From: a candidate division FCPU426 bacterium
GTDB lineage: Bacteria > Oederibacteriota > JAAXVQ01 > JAUVAV01
Assembly (NCBI GenBank): GCA_040756875.1
Contig: JBFLYH010000001.1
Location: 448,001-512,000, forward strand
Direction of reading: 5' to 3'
Length of the DNA stretch: 64,000 nucleotides
The position numbers were made by a program, and so were the translations under genes. The notes below the pieces were generated by a model. That model was not told the DNA's origin. It searched no databases and saw nothing but the letters and a program-made list of their open reading frames with translations. Shown here in pieces: positions 43,839 to 53,056 of this stretch (its first letter is position 1; every line of letters begins with the position of its first letter).

Positions 43839-43958
43839 TTAACAGGCCGACGACTATAGTCGCTTGCGTTGCATAGAATACCCCATGAAAAATCAGAAAT
43901 TTTCATGGGGTAACAAGGTGCTAGCGGAACATATATTAATTTTTCAGCACCTTGTTAA
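43839..43958 (+). repeat. ~120-bp structured repeat / MITE-like element, copy B
   Basis: TTAACAGG...CCTTGTTAA ends; palindrome CGACTATAGTCG; hairpin TACCCCATGAAAA/TTTTCATGGGGTA; hairpin TAACAAGGTGCT/AGCACCTTGTTA. Confidence 0.75.
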
Positions 43959-43978
43959 ATACCGAAAGGAAATCCGCC

Positions 43979-45127
43979 GTGGCGAACCGCAGACGTTCCA
44001 CCTCAGCTTGGATCTTCATGGCCCGGGGAGCGCTGGCCGCTATCTGCCTGGCAGGGTGGTTGACCGTTGCCGGGGCCGAATCCGCTCCCGCGGGCACCAC
44101 ACCGCAGGCCTCCGCCCAGCCGGCCTTGTCCTCCTCGCCGGCTCCCAAGACCGCAGCCCGCAAGCAGGTGCCCCGCAAGTCTGCGGAGAAGAAAAACCCG
44201 TCGCCGGACCAGTTGCAAAAGCGCAGCTGGGATTTCCAGCACGTGAAGGCGGCGCAGATATCCAAGAATTGGAAATCCCACTCCGGCGAATGGGTGGTGG
44301 GTCCGGAACCCGAGCATCCGGGCAACCAGGTGCTGCGCCAAAAAACCGTAAAGCGCAACTACCAGATGCTGCTAAGCCAAAAAACCTACGCCAATTTCGA
44401 GTTTTCGGCCCGCCTGCGCACGGACAGCTATGAACAAAAGACCTCGAACTGGCAGATGGGCCTGATTTTCAGGATGGCTGACAACCGGCATTATTATAAA
44501 TTCCGGATCACCGCGGCCAACGTGGCCCTGCTGCGCTGCATGCCGCAGCCGGCGACGGTGATCCCGGACGCAGCCGGTGTGACGCCGGTGGTTTCTGCCA
44601 CCGGCCGCAGCGGGAAGCAGGACGAACAGATCGTGCTGATTCTTCCTTTTACCGGCAAAACGGACACCTGGTATACCCTGAGCGCCGCAGGTTACGGCGA
44701 GCGGCTGGTGCTGAAATTGGATGGCCGCGAACTGCGCATGCTGCAGGATTCGGGCATCGGCTGCGGCCGGATCGGCGTTTTTACCTACAAAACCAGAGCC
44801 ATGGCGGACGATTTTCGCTTGTTCTATTACCCGGCGCCGAGCCTCGATTCGGGCATCCAGGTTATCCGCAAGAATTTCTCGCCCCGCCAGGACCGGGAAG
44901 TGATGATTTACTTCGTCAATCCCTCGGCCGGGGAGCTGCAGGTGCAGGTGTTGGACGCCAAAGGCAAAACGTTCCAGCTTTTGACCCGGGGACCGCACAG
45001 CCCGGGGCTGAATTCAGTCACTTGGGACGCCCAAGGATTGCTGGGTGAATTTGCCAAACCCGGTTTATATACCATCCAGTTGACGGTTGGCGACAAGAAA
45101 TACCGCGATACCGTGCGGGTGAAATAA
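43979..45127 (+). CDS. Exported protein with DUF1080/concanavalin-like beta-sandwich and C-terminal FlgD-Ig-like domain
   Basis: GTG 43979 after AAGGA (alternative ATG 44018); signal peptide; YANFEFSAR...GLIFR..D...YY...W.TL...GRIG....DDF; C-terminus FSP...VTWDAQ...PGLYTIQL. Confidence 0.65.
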   Translation: MANRRRSTSAWIFMARGALAAICLAGWLTVAGAESAPAGTTPQASAQPALSSSPAPKTAARKQVPRKSAEKKNPSPDQLQKRSWDFQHVKAAQISKNWKSHSGEWVVGPEPEHPGNQVLRQKTVKRNYQMLLSQKTYANFEFSARLRTDSYEQKTSNWQMGLIFRMADNRHYYKFRITAANVALLRCMPQPATVIPDAAGVTPVVSATGRSGKQDEQIVLILPFTGKTDTWYTLSAAGYGERLVLKLDGRELRMLQDSGIGCGRIGVFTYKTRAMADDFRLFYYPAPSLDSGIQVIRKNFSPRQDREVMIYFVNPSAGELQVQVLDAKGKTFQLLTRGPHSPGLNSVTWDAQGLLGEFAKPGLYTIQLTVGDKKYRDTVRVK

Positions 45128-45160
45128 ACCCTTGCCGCGGATAGAAAAGGAGCGTTGCTT

Positions 45161-47092
45161 ATGAGGAAATTCCGCCCCCTGCTGCTGTCGGTGCTCGCCG
45201 CCGGCCTGGCCTTGTTTTGCGCCGCGACGAATGCCGTTTCCGAACCGCGCCCGGAGGAGCGCCGGGCCGTGGAACCGGACAGCATCATTTCCACGTATCA
45301 AAAAGCCGTGGCCGCCGATCCCCGGGACGTGATTGCCGCCTTTAACTTGGGGCTGGCGTATTACCAGGCCGAACACTGGACCGAAGCCCGCGACGCCCTG
45401 GAGAAATGCCTGCGCACGAACACCGGGGACCAGGGCGCGCACGACCAGGTGGACGGATCGGCGAACCAGCTGCTGGGAATCATCTATTACTCGCATTTGC
45501 ACGACGACCGCCGGGCGGTTGAAGCCCTGCGCCGCAGTCTGAAGTGGCTGCCTAATGATCCGGACGTTTACTTTGCCCTGGGTTTGGCCAATTTGCGGCT
45601 CAAGGACAACCACGCCGCCCTGCAGTATTTCCAGGAAGCCCTGGCCAAAGGCCGGGAACGGGATCCGGAAGTGCACTACCAAATCGGGCGGGTTTATCTC
45701 GAACAGGGGAACGACAAAGAAGCGCTGGCGAGCCTGAACAAAGCTTTGGAGCTGAAGCCGGATTTTCAGCCCGCGCTGGAAACCCTGGGCCTGGTCTATC
45801 ACCGCCGGCAGGATGAGACGAACGCCATCCAGGTGCTGGAGCGGCTGACCAAACTGGATCCCGCGAATTTCAACGCCTATTACCTGCTGGGGCTCAATTA
45901 CTACCGCAAGAAAATGTATTCGGAGATGGTGGCCGCCTACAAACGGGCCGTGACCATCCAGCCCGACCTGGCCGATGCCTATTACAATCTGGGAATGGCC
46001 TACTATTACCAAACGCGCTATGATCTCGCCATCGAGTCCTTGAAGAAGGCCGTGACCCTCAACCCCAAGGACGCGGAGGCCTTCAATCTGCTGGGGCAGG
46101 CTAAATCCGCGGCAGTCGACTGGTGCATGCAGCAGAGCAGCTTGCACATCGCCCAGGAGGAATTTCCCCAGGCCATCGAGGAATTGCGGAAGGTCCTGGC
46201 CATCGATCCGAACCAGCACAAAGCCAAGGTGCTGCTCGAGGATCTGGAGCGCAAAGTAGCCGAGGAAGTCGGCGCCCATCTCAGACTGGCTGGCAAGTTC
46301 TCCCAAGAAGGCCGCCTGGAGGACGCCTACAACGAATACGAGCAGGCGGTCAAATTCGATCCCACCTCCGAGGCGGCGCAAACCGGCCTGAAGAAAACCA
46401 GGGCCCGCCTGTCCAACCTGCTGGCCCAACTCCTCCAGAAGGGCCGCGCCGAGGAGAAACGGGGGAATTACCTGGAAGCCAGGAAGTATTACCGGTCGAT
46501 TCTGGAGAACAGACAGAAAGACCCCGAGGCCACCAAGGCCCTGAAAAGTCTCGAGGATACTGTGCAGTTGCGTCTGAAGCGCTGGTGGACCGAAGCCAAA
46601 ACCCACACCGAAGCCGGACGCTTGCGCGAGGCCGCGGCGGTATACCGCCAGCTCGGCAGCCTGGCCGAATCTTTCGGCGATGACGAGTGGCAGGAAAAGG
46701 CCTTTGCCGGCCTCAACCAGGTCAATGAGCGCCAAGCCCAGCTGGTGCAGAATTACCTTGCCGAGGGCAAGCAAGCCTATGAACAGAAGCAATTTTTAGC
46801 CGCGCAAAAAGCGTTCAACCAAGTACTGGCTTTGGATCCCCGCCAGCGCACGGCCAACGAATACGTGGAAAAAATGACGGGCTCAGTATCCCTGGAAAAA
46901 GTCAAATCGGACAAAATCAAGGAAATGTATTACAAAGGCGTGGATCATTACATCAAAGGCGAGATCAATGAGGCCATCAAAGCCTGGCAGGAAGTGCTGG
47001 CCCTGGACCCGGACAACGCGGACGCGAAAATCAATATCAGCCGGGCCCAGGTAAAACTCCAGGCGATTAAAAAGCTGACAGAAGGACGGTAG
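45161..47092 (+). CDS. Exported tetratricopeptide-repeat protein
   Basis: Signal peptide; many canonical TPRs (AYYNLGMAYY...A...LKKA..LNP); C-terminal YYKGVDHY...AIKAWQEVL.LDP.N. Confidence 0.85.
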   Translation: MRKFRPLLLSVLAAGLALFCAATNAVSEPRPEERRAVEPDSIISTYQKAVAADPRDVIAAFNLGLAYYQAEHWTEARDALEKCLRTNTGDQGAHDQVDGSANQLLGIIYYSHLHDDRRAVEALRRSLKWLPNDPDVYFALGLANLRLKDNHAALQYFQEALAKGRERDPEVHYQIGRVYLEQGNDKEALASLNKALELKPDFQPALETLGLVYHRRQDETNAIQVLERLTKLDPANFNAYYLLGLNYYRKKMYSEMVAAYKRAVTIQPDLADAYYNLGMAYYYQTRYDLAIESLKKAVTLNPKDAEAFNLLGQAKSAAVDWCMQQSSLHIAQEEFPQAIEELRKVLAIDPNQHKAKVLLEDLERKVAEEVGAHLRLAGKFSQEGRLEDAYNEYEQAVKFDPTSEAAQTGLKKTRARLSNLLAQLLQKGRAEEKRGNYLEARKYYRSILENRQKDPEATKALKSLEDTVQLRLKRWWTEAKTHTEAGRLREAAAVYRQLGSLAESFGDDEWQEKAFAGLNQVNERQAQLVQNYLAEGKQAYEQKQFLAAQKAFNQVLALDPRQRTANEYVEKMTGSVSLEKVKSDKIKEMYYKGVDHYIKGEINEAIKAWQEVLALDPDNADAKINISRAQVKLQAIKKLTEGR

Positions 47093-47093
47093 C

Positions 47094-49796
47094 ATGGAAA
47101 AAATCGAAACCCAGAAACAGACGGGCCCGGCCGCGGAGGCGGCTTTGCCCGCGCCCGAGGCGGAATTGTCCAGCCGGTATCAGCCCCAATTGATCGAGGA
47201 CGCCTGGTACCAGCGGTGGGAACGCGAAGGGCTGTTTACGGCCAATCCGGCTTCCGAGCAGCCGCCGTTTTCGATCGTCATTCCTCCGCCCAACGTGACC
47301 GGCTCGCTGCATATCGGGCATGCCCTCAACAACACGCTACAGGACATCCTCAGCCGTCAGCAGCGCATGCAGGGCAAGGACGTCCTGTGGGTGCCCGGAT
47401 GCGACCACGCCGGCATTGCCACGCAGAACGTGGTGGAGCGGGAATTGGCCAAGCAGAAGACCTCCCGCCATGATCTGGGCCGGGAAAAATTCATCGCCCG
47501 CGTCTGGGAATGGAAACAGCAATACGGCGGGACCATCATGCGCCAGCTCCGGCGTCTGGGGTCCTCGCTGGATTGGACGCGCGAGCGTTTCACCCTGGAT
47601 GACGGCCTGTCCGCCGCGGTCCGCGAGGTCTTCGTCCGCCTCTATGCCGAGGGCCTGATTTACCGGGGAGACTACATCATCAATTGGTGTCCGCGCTGCC
47701 AGACAGCCCTGTCTGACATCGAAACCGAGCACCAGGACACCTCGGGCCACTTCTGGCACATCTGCTATCCTTTCGCGGACGGCACGGGGAGCTTGGTCGT
47801 GGCCACGACCCGGCCCGAGACCTTGCTCGGAGACACGGCCGTGGCCGTCAATCCTCAAGATGAGCGCTACCGCCAGATGATCGGGAAAAAAATCATGCTG
47901 CCGTTGCAGCGCGTGGAAATCCCTGTGATTGCGGATGATTATGTGGACAAGGACTTCGGAAGCGGCGTGGTAAAAATCACCCCTGCCCATGATCTGAATG
48001 ATTTCCTGGTCATGCAACGGCATCCAGACGAAGTCGGGATTCGCAACGTGATGAATCCGGACGGCACCATGAATAAAAATGCCGGCCATAAATACGCGGG
48101 CCTGGATCGTTTTGAATGCCGCAAAGCCGTGCTGGCGGACCTGGAAGCAGAGGGGCTGCTGGTGAAGACCGAGGACCACCAGCACGCGGTCGGGCATTGC
48201 TACCGCTGCCACACCGTGGTCGAGCCCTACCTTTCGCGCCAGTGGTTCGTGAAGATGAAGCCCCTGGCCGAGCCGGCCATGGCCGCCGTGCGCGACGGCC
48301 GCATCCGCTTCACGCCCGAGTCCTGGACCAAGGTCTACCTGGACTGGATGGAAAACATCCGCGACTGGTGCATCTCCCGCCAGATCTGGTGGGGACACCG
48401 CATCCCGGCCTGGTATTGCCAGAATAAGGAGTGCCAGGAAGTGGTCGTGGTTAAGGAGGCACCGCCTGCCTGCCCCAAGTGCGGCGGCCGCGTGGAGCAG
48501 GATCCGGACGTGCTCGATACCTGGTTTTCCAGCGCTTTGTGGCCGTTTTCCACGCTCGGCTGGCCGGAAAGCACCCCTGAACTCCAACGCTACTATCCCA
48601 CCAGCGTGCTGGTCACTTCCTGGGACATCATCTTTTTCTGGGTGGCGCGCATGGCCATGATGGGCCTGAAATTCATGGGCGACGTGCCGTTCCGGGACGT
48701 GTGCATCAACTCCCTGGTCGGCGACGCGGAAGGCAAGAAAATGAGCAAGTCCAAGGGCAACACCGTCGACCCCCTGGACTTGATGGAGCACACCGGCGCG
48801 GACGGTCTGCGGTTCACCATGGCGCTTATCGAGACCCAAAGCCGTTACGTGGCCTTTACGCCGGACCGCCTGGAATCGTGCCGCAATTTCATGAACAAGA
48901 TCTGGAACGCCGCGCGGTTCGTCCTGATGAACCTGGACGCGGAAGTGTCCGTGGCGCCGCAGGGCCAACCGGATTTCGCGGATCAATGGATTTTGTCCCG
49001 TCTGGATGGCACGGTCGAACGCGTGCAAAACGCACTCGCGGTCTACCGTTTTTCTGAAGCGGCCCAGGCGTTGTATGATTTCGTCTGGCACGAGTTCTGC
49101 GATTGGTACCTGGAAGTGATCAAAGCCCGGTTGGCGGGCGACCCGGACATCCGGCGCTCGGCCCAATCCCATCTGCTGGCGGTATGGGACGAAACCCTCA
49201 GGCTGCTGCATCCCTTTCTGCCGTTCATCACCGAAGAAATTTGGTCGCACTTGCCCGGCAAACGGGATTTTCTCATGCGCGCAGCCTGGCCCGTACCCCA
49301 GGCCGGGAGGCGCAAACCGGAAGTGGAACAGGAGATGGGCCTGGTGATGGAGGTCATCTACGCCGTGCGCAACATTCGCGGCGAAATGAATGTCCCGCCC
49401 GCGGCCAGGGTGAAGCTGCTCATCCGGCCGACCGGAACGCAAGCCGGTTCCTTGGCGTCCCATGTGGGCGTGATCAAAGAGCTGGCCAAGGTTTCGGAAT
49501 TGGTCATCGATGCGTCTGCGGTCAAACCGCCCATGTCCGCGACGGCCGTGGCTGGCGGTCTGGAGCTGTTCATCCCCCTGGAAGGCCTCATCGACCTGGC
49601 CAAGGAGAGGGAACGGCTGGCTAAGGAAATCCGAACCTTGGAAGAATTGCTTACCAGGCAGGAGGCCAAACTGTCCAACGAGCAATTCATTTCCCGCGCA
49701 CCGGCCGAAGTGGTGGCCGCCGAACAAGCCAAGCGGGAAGATTACCGTCAACGACGCGAGCGGCTGCAACACAATTTGCAACAGCTTTCGGCCTGA
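47094..49796 (+). CDS. valS: Valyl-tRNA synthetase
   Basis: PPPNVTG.LHIGH, DHAGIATQ, WCISRQIWWGH, KMSKS; C-terminal coiled coil. Confidence 0.98.
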   Translation: MEKIETQKQTGPAAEAALPAPEAELSSRYQPQLIEDAWYQRWEREGLFTANPASEQPPFSIVIPPPNVTGSLHIGHALNNTLQDILSRQQRMQGKDVLWVPGCDHAGIATQNVVERELAKQKTSRHDLGREKFIARVWEWKQQYGGTIMRQLRRLGSSLDWTRERFTLDDGLSAAVREVFVRLYAEGLIYRGDYIINWCPRCQTALSDIETEHQDTSGHFWHICYPFADGTGSLVVATTRPETLLGDTAVAVNPQDERYRQMIGKKIMLPLQRVEIPVIADDYVDKDFGSGVVKITPAHDLNDFLVMQRHPDEVGIRNVMNPDGTMNKNAGHKYAGLDRFECRKAVLADLEAEGLLVKTEDHQHAVGHCYRCHTVVEPYLSRQWFVKMKPLAEPAMAAVRDGRIRFTPESWTKVYLDWMENIRDWCISRQIWWGHRIPAWYCQNKECQEVVVVKEAPPACPKCGGRVEQDPDVLDTWFSSALWPFSTLGWPESTPELQRYYPTSVLVTSWDIIFFWVARMAMMGLKFMGDVPFRDVCINSLVGDAEGKKMSKSKGNTVDPLDLMEHTGADGLRFTMALIETQSRYVAFTPDRLESCRNFMNKIWNAARFVLMNLDAEVSVAPQGQPDFADQWILSRLDGTVERVQNALAVYRFSEAAQALYDFVWHEFCDWYLEVIKARLAGDPDIRRSAQSHLLAVWDETLRLLHPFLPFITEEIWSHLPGKRDFLMRAAWPVPQAGRRKPEVEQEMGLVMEVIYAVRNIRGEMNVPPAARVKLLIRPTGTQAGSLASHVGVIKELAKVSELVIDASAVKPPMSATAVAGGLELFIPLEGLIDLAKERERLAKEIRTLEELLTRQEAKLSNEQFISRAPAEVVAAEQAKREDYRQRRERLQHNLQQLSA

Positions 49797-49809
49797 AACG
49801 GGGATCACC

Positions 49810-50682
49810 ATGACGCCCAAACCACCCGCTGTTTCCGAAATCCGACGCGTGGTCCGGCAGGCCTTGCAGGAGGATGTCGGTCCGGGGGATTGTACCACGC
49901 GGGCGATCGTCCGTCCGGGCGACCGGCTGCAGGCCGTGGTTTACGCCCAGGCGCGCGGCGTGCTGGCCGGCGTGCCCATGGTCCGCGAGGTGTACCGGCA
50001 GCTGGACCGACGGGTTCGCGTCCAGGCTTTCAAGACCGACGGGTCGTCGGTCAAACCCGGCGACCGGCTCCTGCGGTTGCAGGGTCCTGCGGGCCCGATT
50101 TTGACCGGCGAGCGGACGGCGCTGAACTTCCTGGGCTGCCTCTCGGGCATCGCCACCCAGACCGCGACCTATGTCCGGGCTCTAAAGGGCACGGGCACGC
50201 AGGTGTGGGATACGCGCAAGACCGTTCCCGGCCTGCGGCAGTTTGCCAAATACGCGGTTCGGGCCGGCGGCGGCAACAACCATCGCCACGGGTTATACGA
50301 CGCCGTGCTGATCAAGGACAACCATGTGGCGCTGGCGCAAGGCATCAGGGAGGCGATCCGCCGCACCCGGAGGACACTGGGCAAGCGGGTGCCCATCGTG
50401 GTGGAAGCCGAAAATCTGGAGCAGGTCGGGGAAGCCCTGGCCGGCCGGGCCGACGTGATCCTGATCGACAATATGTCCGGCCACACGCTCGCCCGGGCCA
50501 TGCGTATGATCCGGGGGCGGGCCAAGACTGAAGTGTCCGGCGGACTGACGCTGCGCTCGGCAGTGGCCGCGGCCAAACTGGGAGCGGACCGGGTCAGTGT
50601 CGGCGCCCTGACCCATTCGGCGGCCTGGTTGCCGCTGCACCTGGAAGTGGAAACCACGCCGGCCTCCCGGGGCAGGGGCTAG
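49810..50682 (+). CDS. nadC: Nicotinate-nucleotide pyrophosphorylase (QPRTase)
   Basis: ALQED...D.TT, ERTALN, DTRKT.PG.R, NHR.GL.D..LIKDNH, SVGALTH. Confidence 0.95.
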   Translation: MTPKPPAVSEIRRVVRQALQEDVGPGDCTTRAIVRPGDRLQAVVYAQARGVLAGVPMVREVYRQLDRRVRVQAFKTDGSSVKPGDRLLRLQGPAGPILTGERTALNFLGCLSGIATQTATYVRALKGTGTQVWDTRKTVPGLRQFAKYAVRAGGGNNHRHGLYDAVLIKDNHVALAQGIREAIRRTRRTLGKRVPIVVEAENLEQVGEALAGRADVILIDNMSGHTLARAMRMIRGRAKTEVSGGLTLRSAVAAAKLGADRVSVGALTHSAAWLPLHLEVETTPASRGRG

Positions 50683-50688
50683 TTGGCG

Positions 50689-51690
50689 ATGGCCCAAGCC
50701 GCCCAGGTGTTGGAGTTGCTGCGCGCCCGGCCCGGTACGTATTTGTCCGGGGAGGAATTGTCGACGAAACTCGACGTTTCCCGGACTATGATCTGGAAAC
50801 ACATCCGGCAGCTGGAAGCGGCCGGATACGTCATCGAAGCGGTTCCGCATGTGGGTTACCGGCTGGTCACGGCCCCGGATCGCTTGTTGCCGGCGGAAAT
50901 TCTCGCGGGGCTCGCTACGAAACGGCTGGGCCGCAGCGTCATCAGTTTTCAGGAAACCACTTCCACCAACGACCGCGCGCTGGAACTGGCGGCCAGAAAC
51001 CAGCCGGAAGGGGTGGTGGTGACGGCCGAGCATCAAACCCGGGGCCGGGGGCGCCGCGAACGGGTCTGGCATTCCCGGCCCGGCCAGAATATACTGTTTA
51101 CGGTACTTTTCCGGCCGCCCTGGATCGCCGAGCAAGCGCCTCTGGTGACCCTGCTCATGGCCGTGGCCGTGGTGGAAGGCATTCACCGCACCACCGGCCT
51201 ATGGGCCCGGATCAAATGGCCGAACGACTTGCTGGTCGACGGCGCCAAGGTGGCGGGCATTCTTACCGAATCCCAGGCCCAGGCGGACCGGATCGCTTTC
51301 GCGGTCTGCGGCGTGGGCGTGAATGTGAACGAAGCGCCGCGCCAGCAGGTACGCTATCCGGCCGCGTCCTTGGCAGGCTTGCTGGGTCGGCCGCAACCGC
51401 GGGTGCCCCTTTTGCAGGAGATTCTGCTGGCCGCGGACGGCCTGTATGCCAAAGCGCTGAAAGAGGGGCCGCGCCCGATCATCGACGCCTGGCAGCGCCA
51501 TGCCCTGGCCATGGGTATGCACATCCAGGTCGATTTGCCGGACGGTTCGCAGATGACCGGAATGGGAATGGGCGTGGATGAAAGCGGTGCGTTGCTGGTC
51601 CGCCTGGAGAACGGTTTGACCCGCCGCCTGACCAGCGGAGAGGTGCGCGCCCTCCGGCCGTCGCGCGCGGAAACGCCTGAAACGGAGTAA
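50689..51690 (+). CDS. birA: Bifunctional biotin-protein ligase / repressor
   Basis: N-terminal HTH (SGEELS..L.VSRT.IWKHI), STN, QT.GRGR, KWPND, KVAGIL. Confidence 0.95.
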   Translation: MAQAAQVLELLRARPGTYLSGEELSTKLDVSRTMIWKHIRQLEAAGYVIEAVPHVGYRLVTAPDRLLPAEILAGLATKRLGRSVISFQETTSTNDRALELAARNQPEGVVVTAEHQTRGRGRRERVWHSRPGQNILFTVLFRPPWIAEQAPLVTLLMAVAVVEGIHRTTGLWARIKWPNDLLVDGAKVAGILTESQAQADRIAFAVCGVGVNVNEAPRQQVRYPAASLAGLLGRPQPRVPLLQEILLAADGLYAKALKEGPRPIIDAWQRHALAMGMHIQVDLPDGSQMTGMGMGVDESGALLVRLENGLTRRLTSGEVRALRPSRAETPETE

Positions 51691-51695
51691 AATAG

Positions 51696-52475
51696 ATGCT
51701 GATCGTAATGGATGTGGGAAACACGCACATGTGTTTCGGCGTGTACCAGGGCTCGGACTTGCTCCGCGAGTTTCGCGTGTCCACCAACCGCAAGGCCACG
51801 GCGGATGAACTGGGCGTGCTGCTGAGGGGCTTGCTGCACGGAGTCCACGGTGCTCCGGTTTGGGAGGGAGTGGTCATCGCCAGCGTTGTTCCGGAGATGG
51901 ACTTGCCGTTGACTGAAGCGGTCCAGCGTCAGCTCCGCGTGCCGGTTTTATCCGTGACGCCGGACATGCCGCTGCCGATCCGCAACGCGTACCGCCCGCC
52001 GGAAGCCGTGGGCGCCGATCGCCTCATGAACGCCGTGGCGGCGGTGAACGAGTTCGGGGCGCCGGTTCTTATAGTGGATTTCGGCACGGCCACGACCATC
52101 GACGCCGTGGCCCGAGGCCGGGTCTACCAAGGCGGCGCCATCATGCCCGGGCTGCTGTTGTCCGCGGATGCGCTGTCGCGGGGAACGGCGCTGCTGCCGC
52201 GTGTGGAATTGCGGCCGCCCTCCCAAGCCCTCGGCCGCAACACCGAAGAAAGCCTGCAGTCCGGCATTCTGCTGGGCGCGGCCGGGGCTGTCTCCAAGAT
52301 CGTGGCGGATATTCGGCGCCGCTGGGGCCAACGGGTTCCGGTGGTGGCGACCGGCGGGTTGGCTTCGCTGGTCCGGCCCTTTTGCCCGGTTTTGCGCCAC
52401 CACCGCCCCCATCTGACGCTGGAAGGCCTGCGCCTGACCTGGCTGCATCATTCCCGCCGGAGCGGCCGCCGATGA
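51696..52475 (+). CDS. coaX: Type III pantothenate kinase
   Basis: DVGNT, GADR, VDFGTATT, GG.I.PG, ATGG. Confidence 0.95.
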   Translation: MLIVMDVGNTHMCFGVYQGSDLLREFRVSTNRKATADELGVLLRGLLHGVHGAPVWEGVVIASVVPEMDLPLTEAVQRQLRVPVLSVTPDMPLPIRNAYRPPEAVGADRLMNAVAAVNEFGAPVLIVDFGTATTIDAVARGRVYQGGAIMPGLLLSADALSRGTALLPRVELRPPSQALGRNTEESLQSGILLGAAGAVSKIVADIRRRWGQRVPVVATGGLASLVRPFCPVLRHHRPHLTLEGLRLTWLHHSRRSGRR

Positions 52476-53056
52476 GCAACTGGAAGATCTGGCGCTGGAT
52501 TGTCGGGTTTTTCCTGATGGCCACCGCCTGGGGAGTGGTGGGAGTGCGCAGCACGCATTCCCCCGAACCCTCGGAAATCATCATCACCCATGGTCCGCGG
52601 GGGGAGCCGCCTTTCATTCGCAGCAATGGCCGCGAGATCTCCTACGGACTTCCGCTGTTGACCGGGGCGTGGCGGTCTTCGCAAACCGATCGGGGAACAG
52701 CGGTGATCATCTGCTTTTGGGCTCCGTGGTGCGACCCGTGCCGGGATGTCATGGCCTGGCTGGTCCAGTACCAATCCACCCTAACCCGCCTGCCGGTAGC
52801 CCTGCTGACCGTGGCCGTGGAAACGGACATGCAATCCTTGTTGGCTTCGGACCTCCAGCTGCCTACAGCTTTGTCACCCGAACCCGCGGGAATCACGCGG
52901 CTGCCGCAGCTCTGGCTGGTCTCGCCGGAAGGCCGGTTGCTGTGGCAGGGCGAGGGGTACGCTAGCCGCCTGGTTTTGGAGACGGAAGTCGACCGCTGGA
53001 TCAAGCCGGATGCGGCCAAAGCCGGGGACGTTTCGCGCGCGGAAGTGCGGCCATGA
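52472..53056 (+). CDS. Membrane-anchored TlpA/ResA-like thioredoxin-fold protein
   Basis: N-terminal TM segment; FWAPWCDPC (CxxC); LP..WLVSPEG. Confidence 0.75.
   Translation: MSNWKIWRWIVGFFLMATAWGVVGVRSTHSPEPSEIIITHGPRGEPPFIRSNGREISYGLPLLTGAWRSSQTDRGTAVIICFWAPWCDPCRDVMAWLVQYQSTLTRLPVALLTVAVETDMQSLLASDLQLPTALSPEPAGITRLPQLWLVSPEGRLLWQGEGYASRLVLETEVDRWIKPDAAKAGDVSRAEVRP

Noticed and set aside
39688-43958. Composite transposon carrying uvrBC
   Set aside because: No transposase, the two repeat copies are substantially diverged, and no flanking target duplication of the whole unit is visible.
47337-49898. 853-aa minus-strand ORF, and similar long ORFs opposite uvrB, uvrC and the TPR genes
   Set aside because: Antisense to well-conserved genes in GC-rich sequence; no recognisable motifs.
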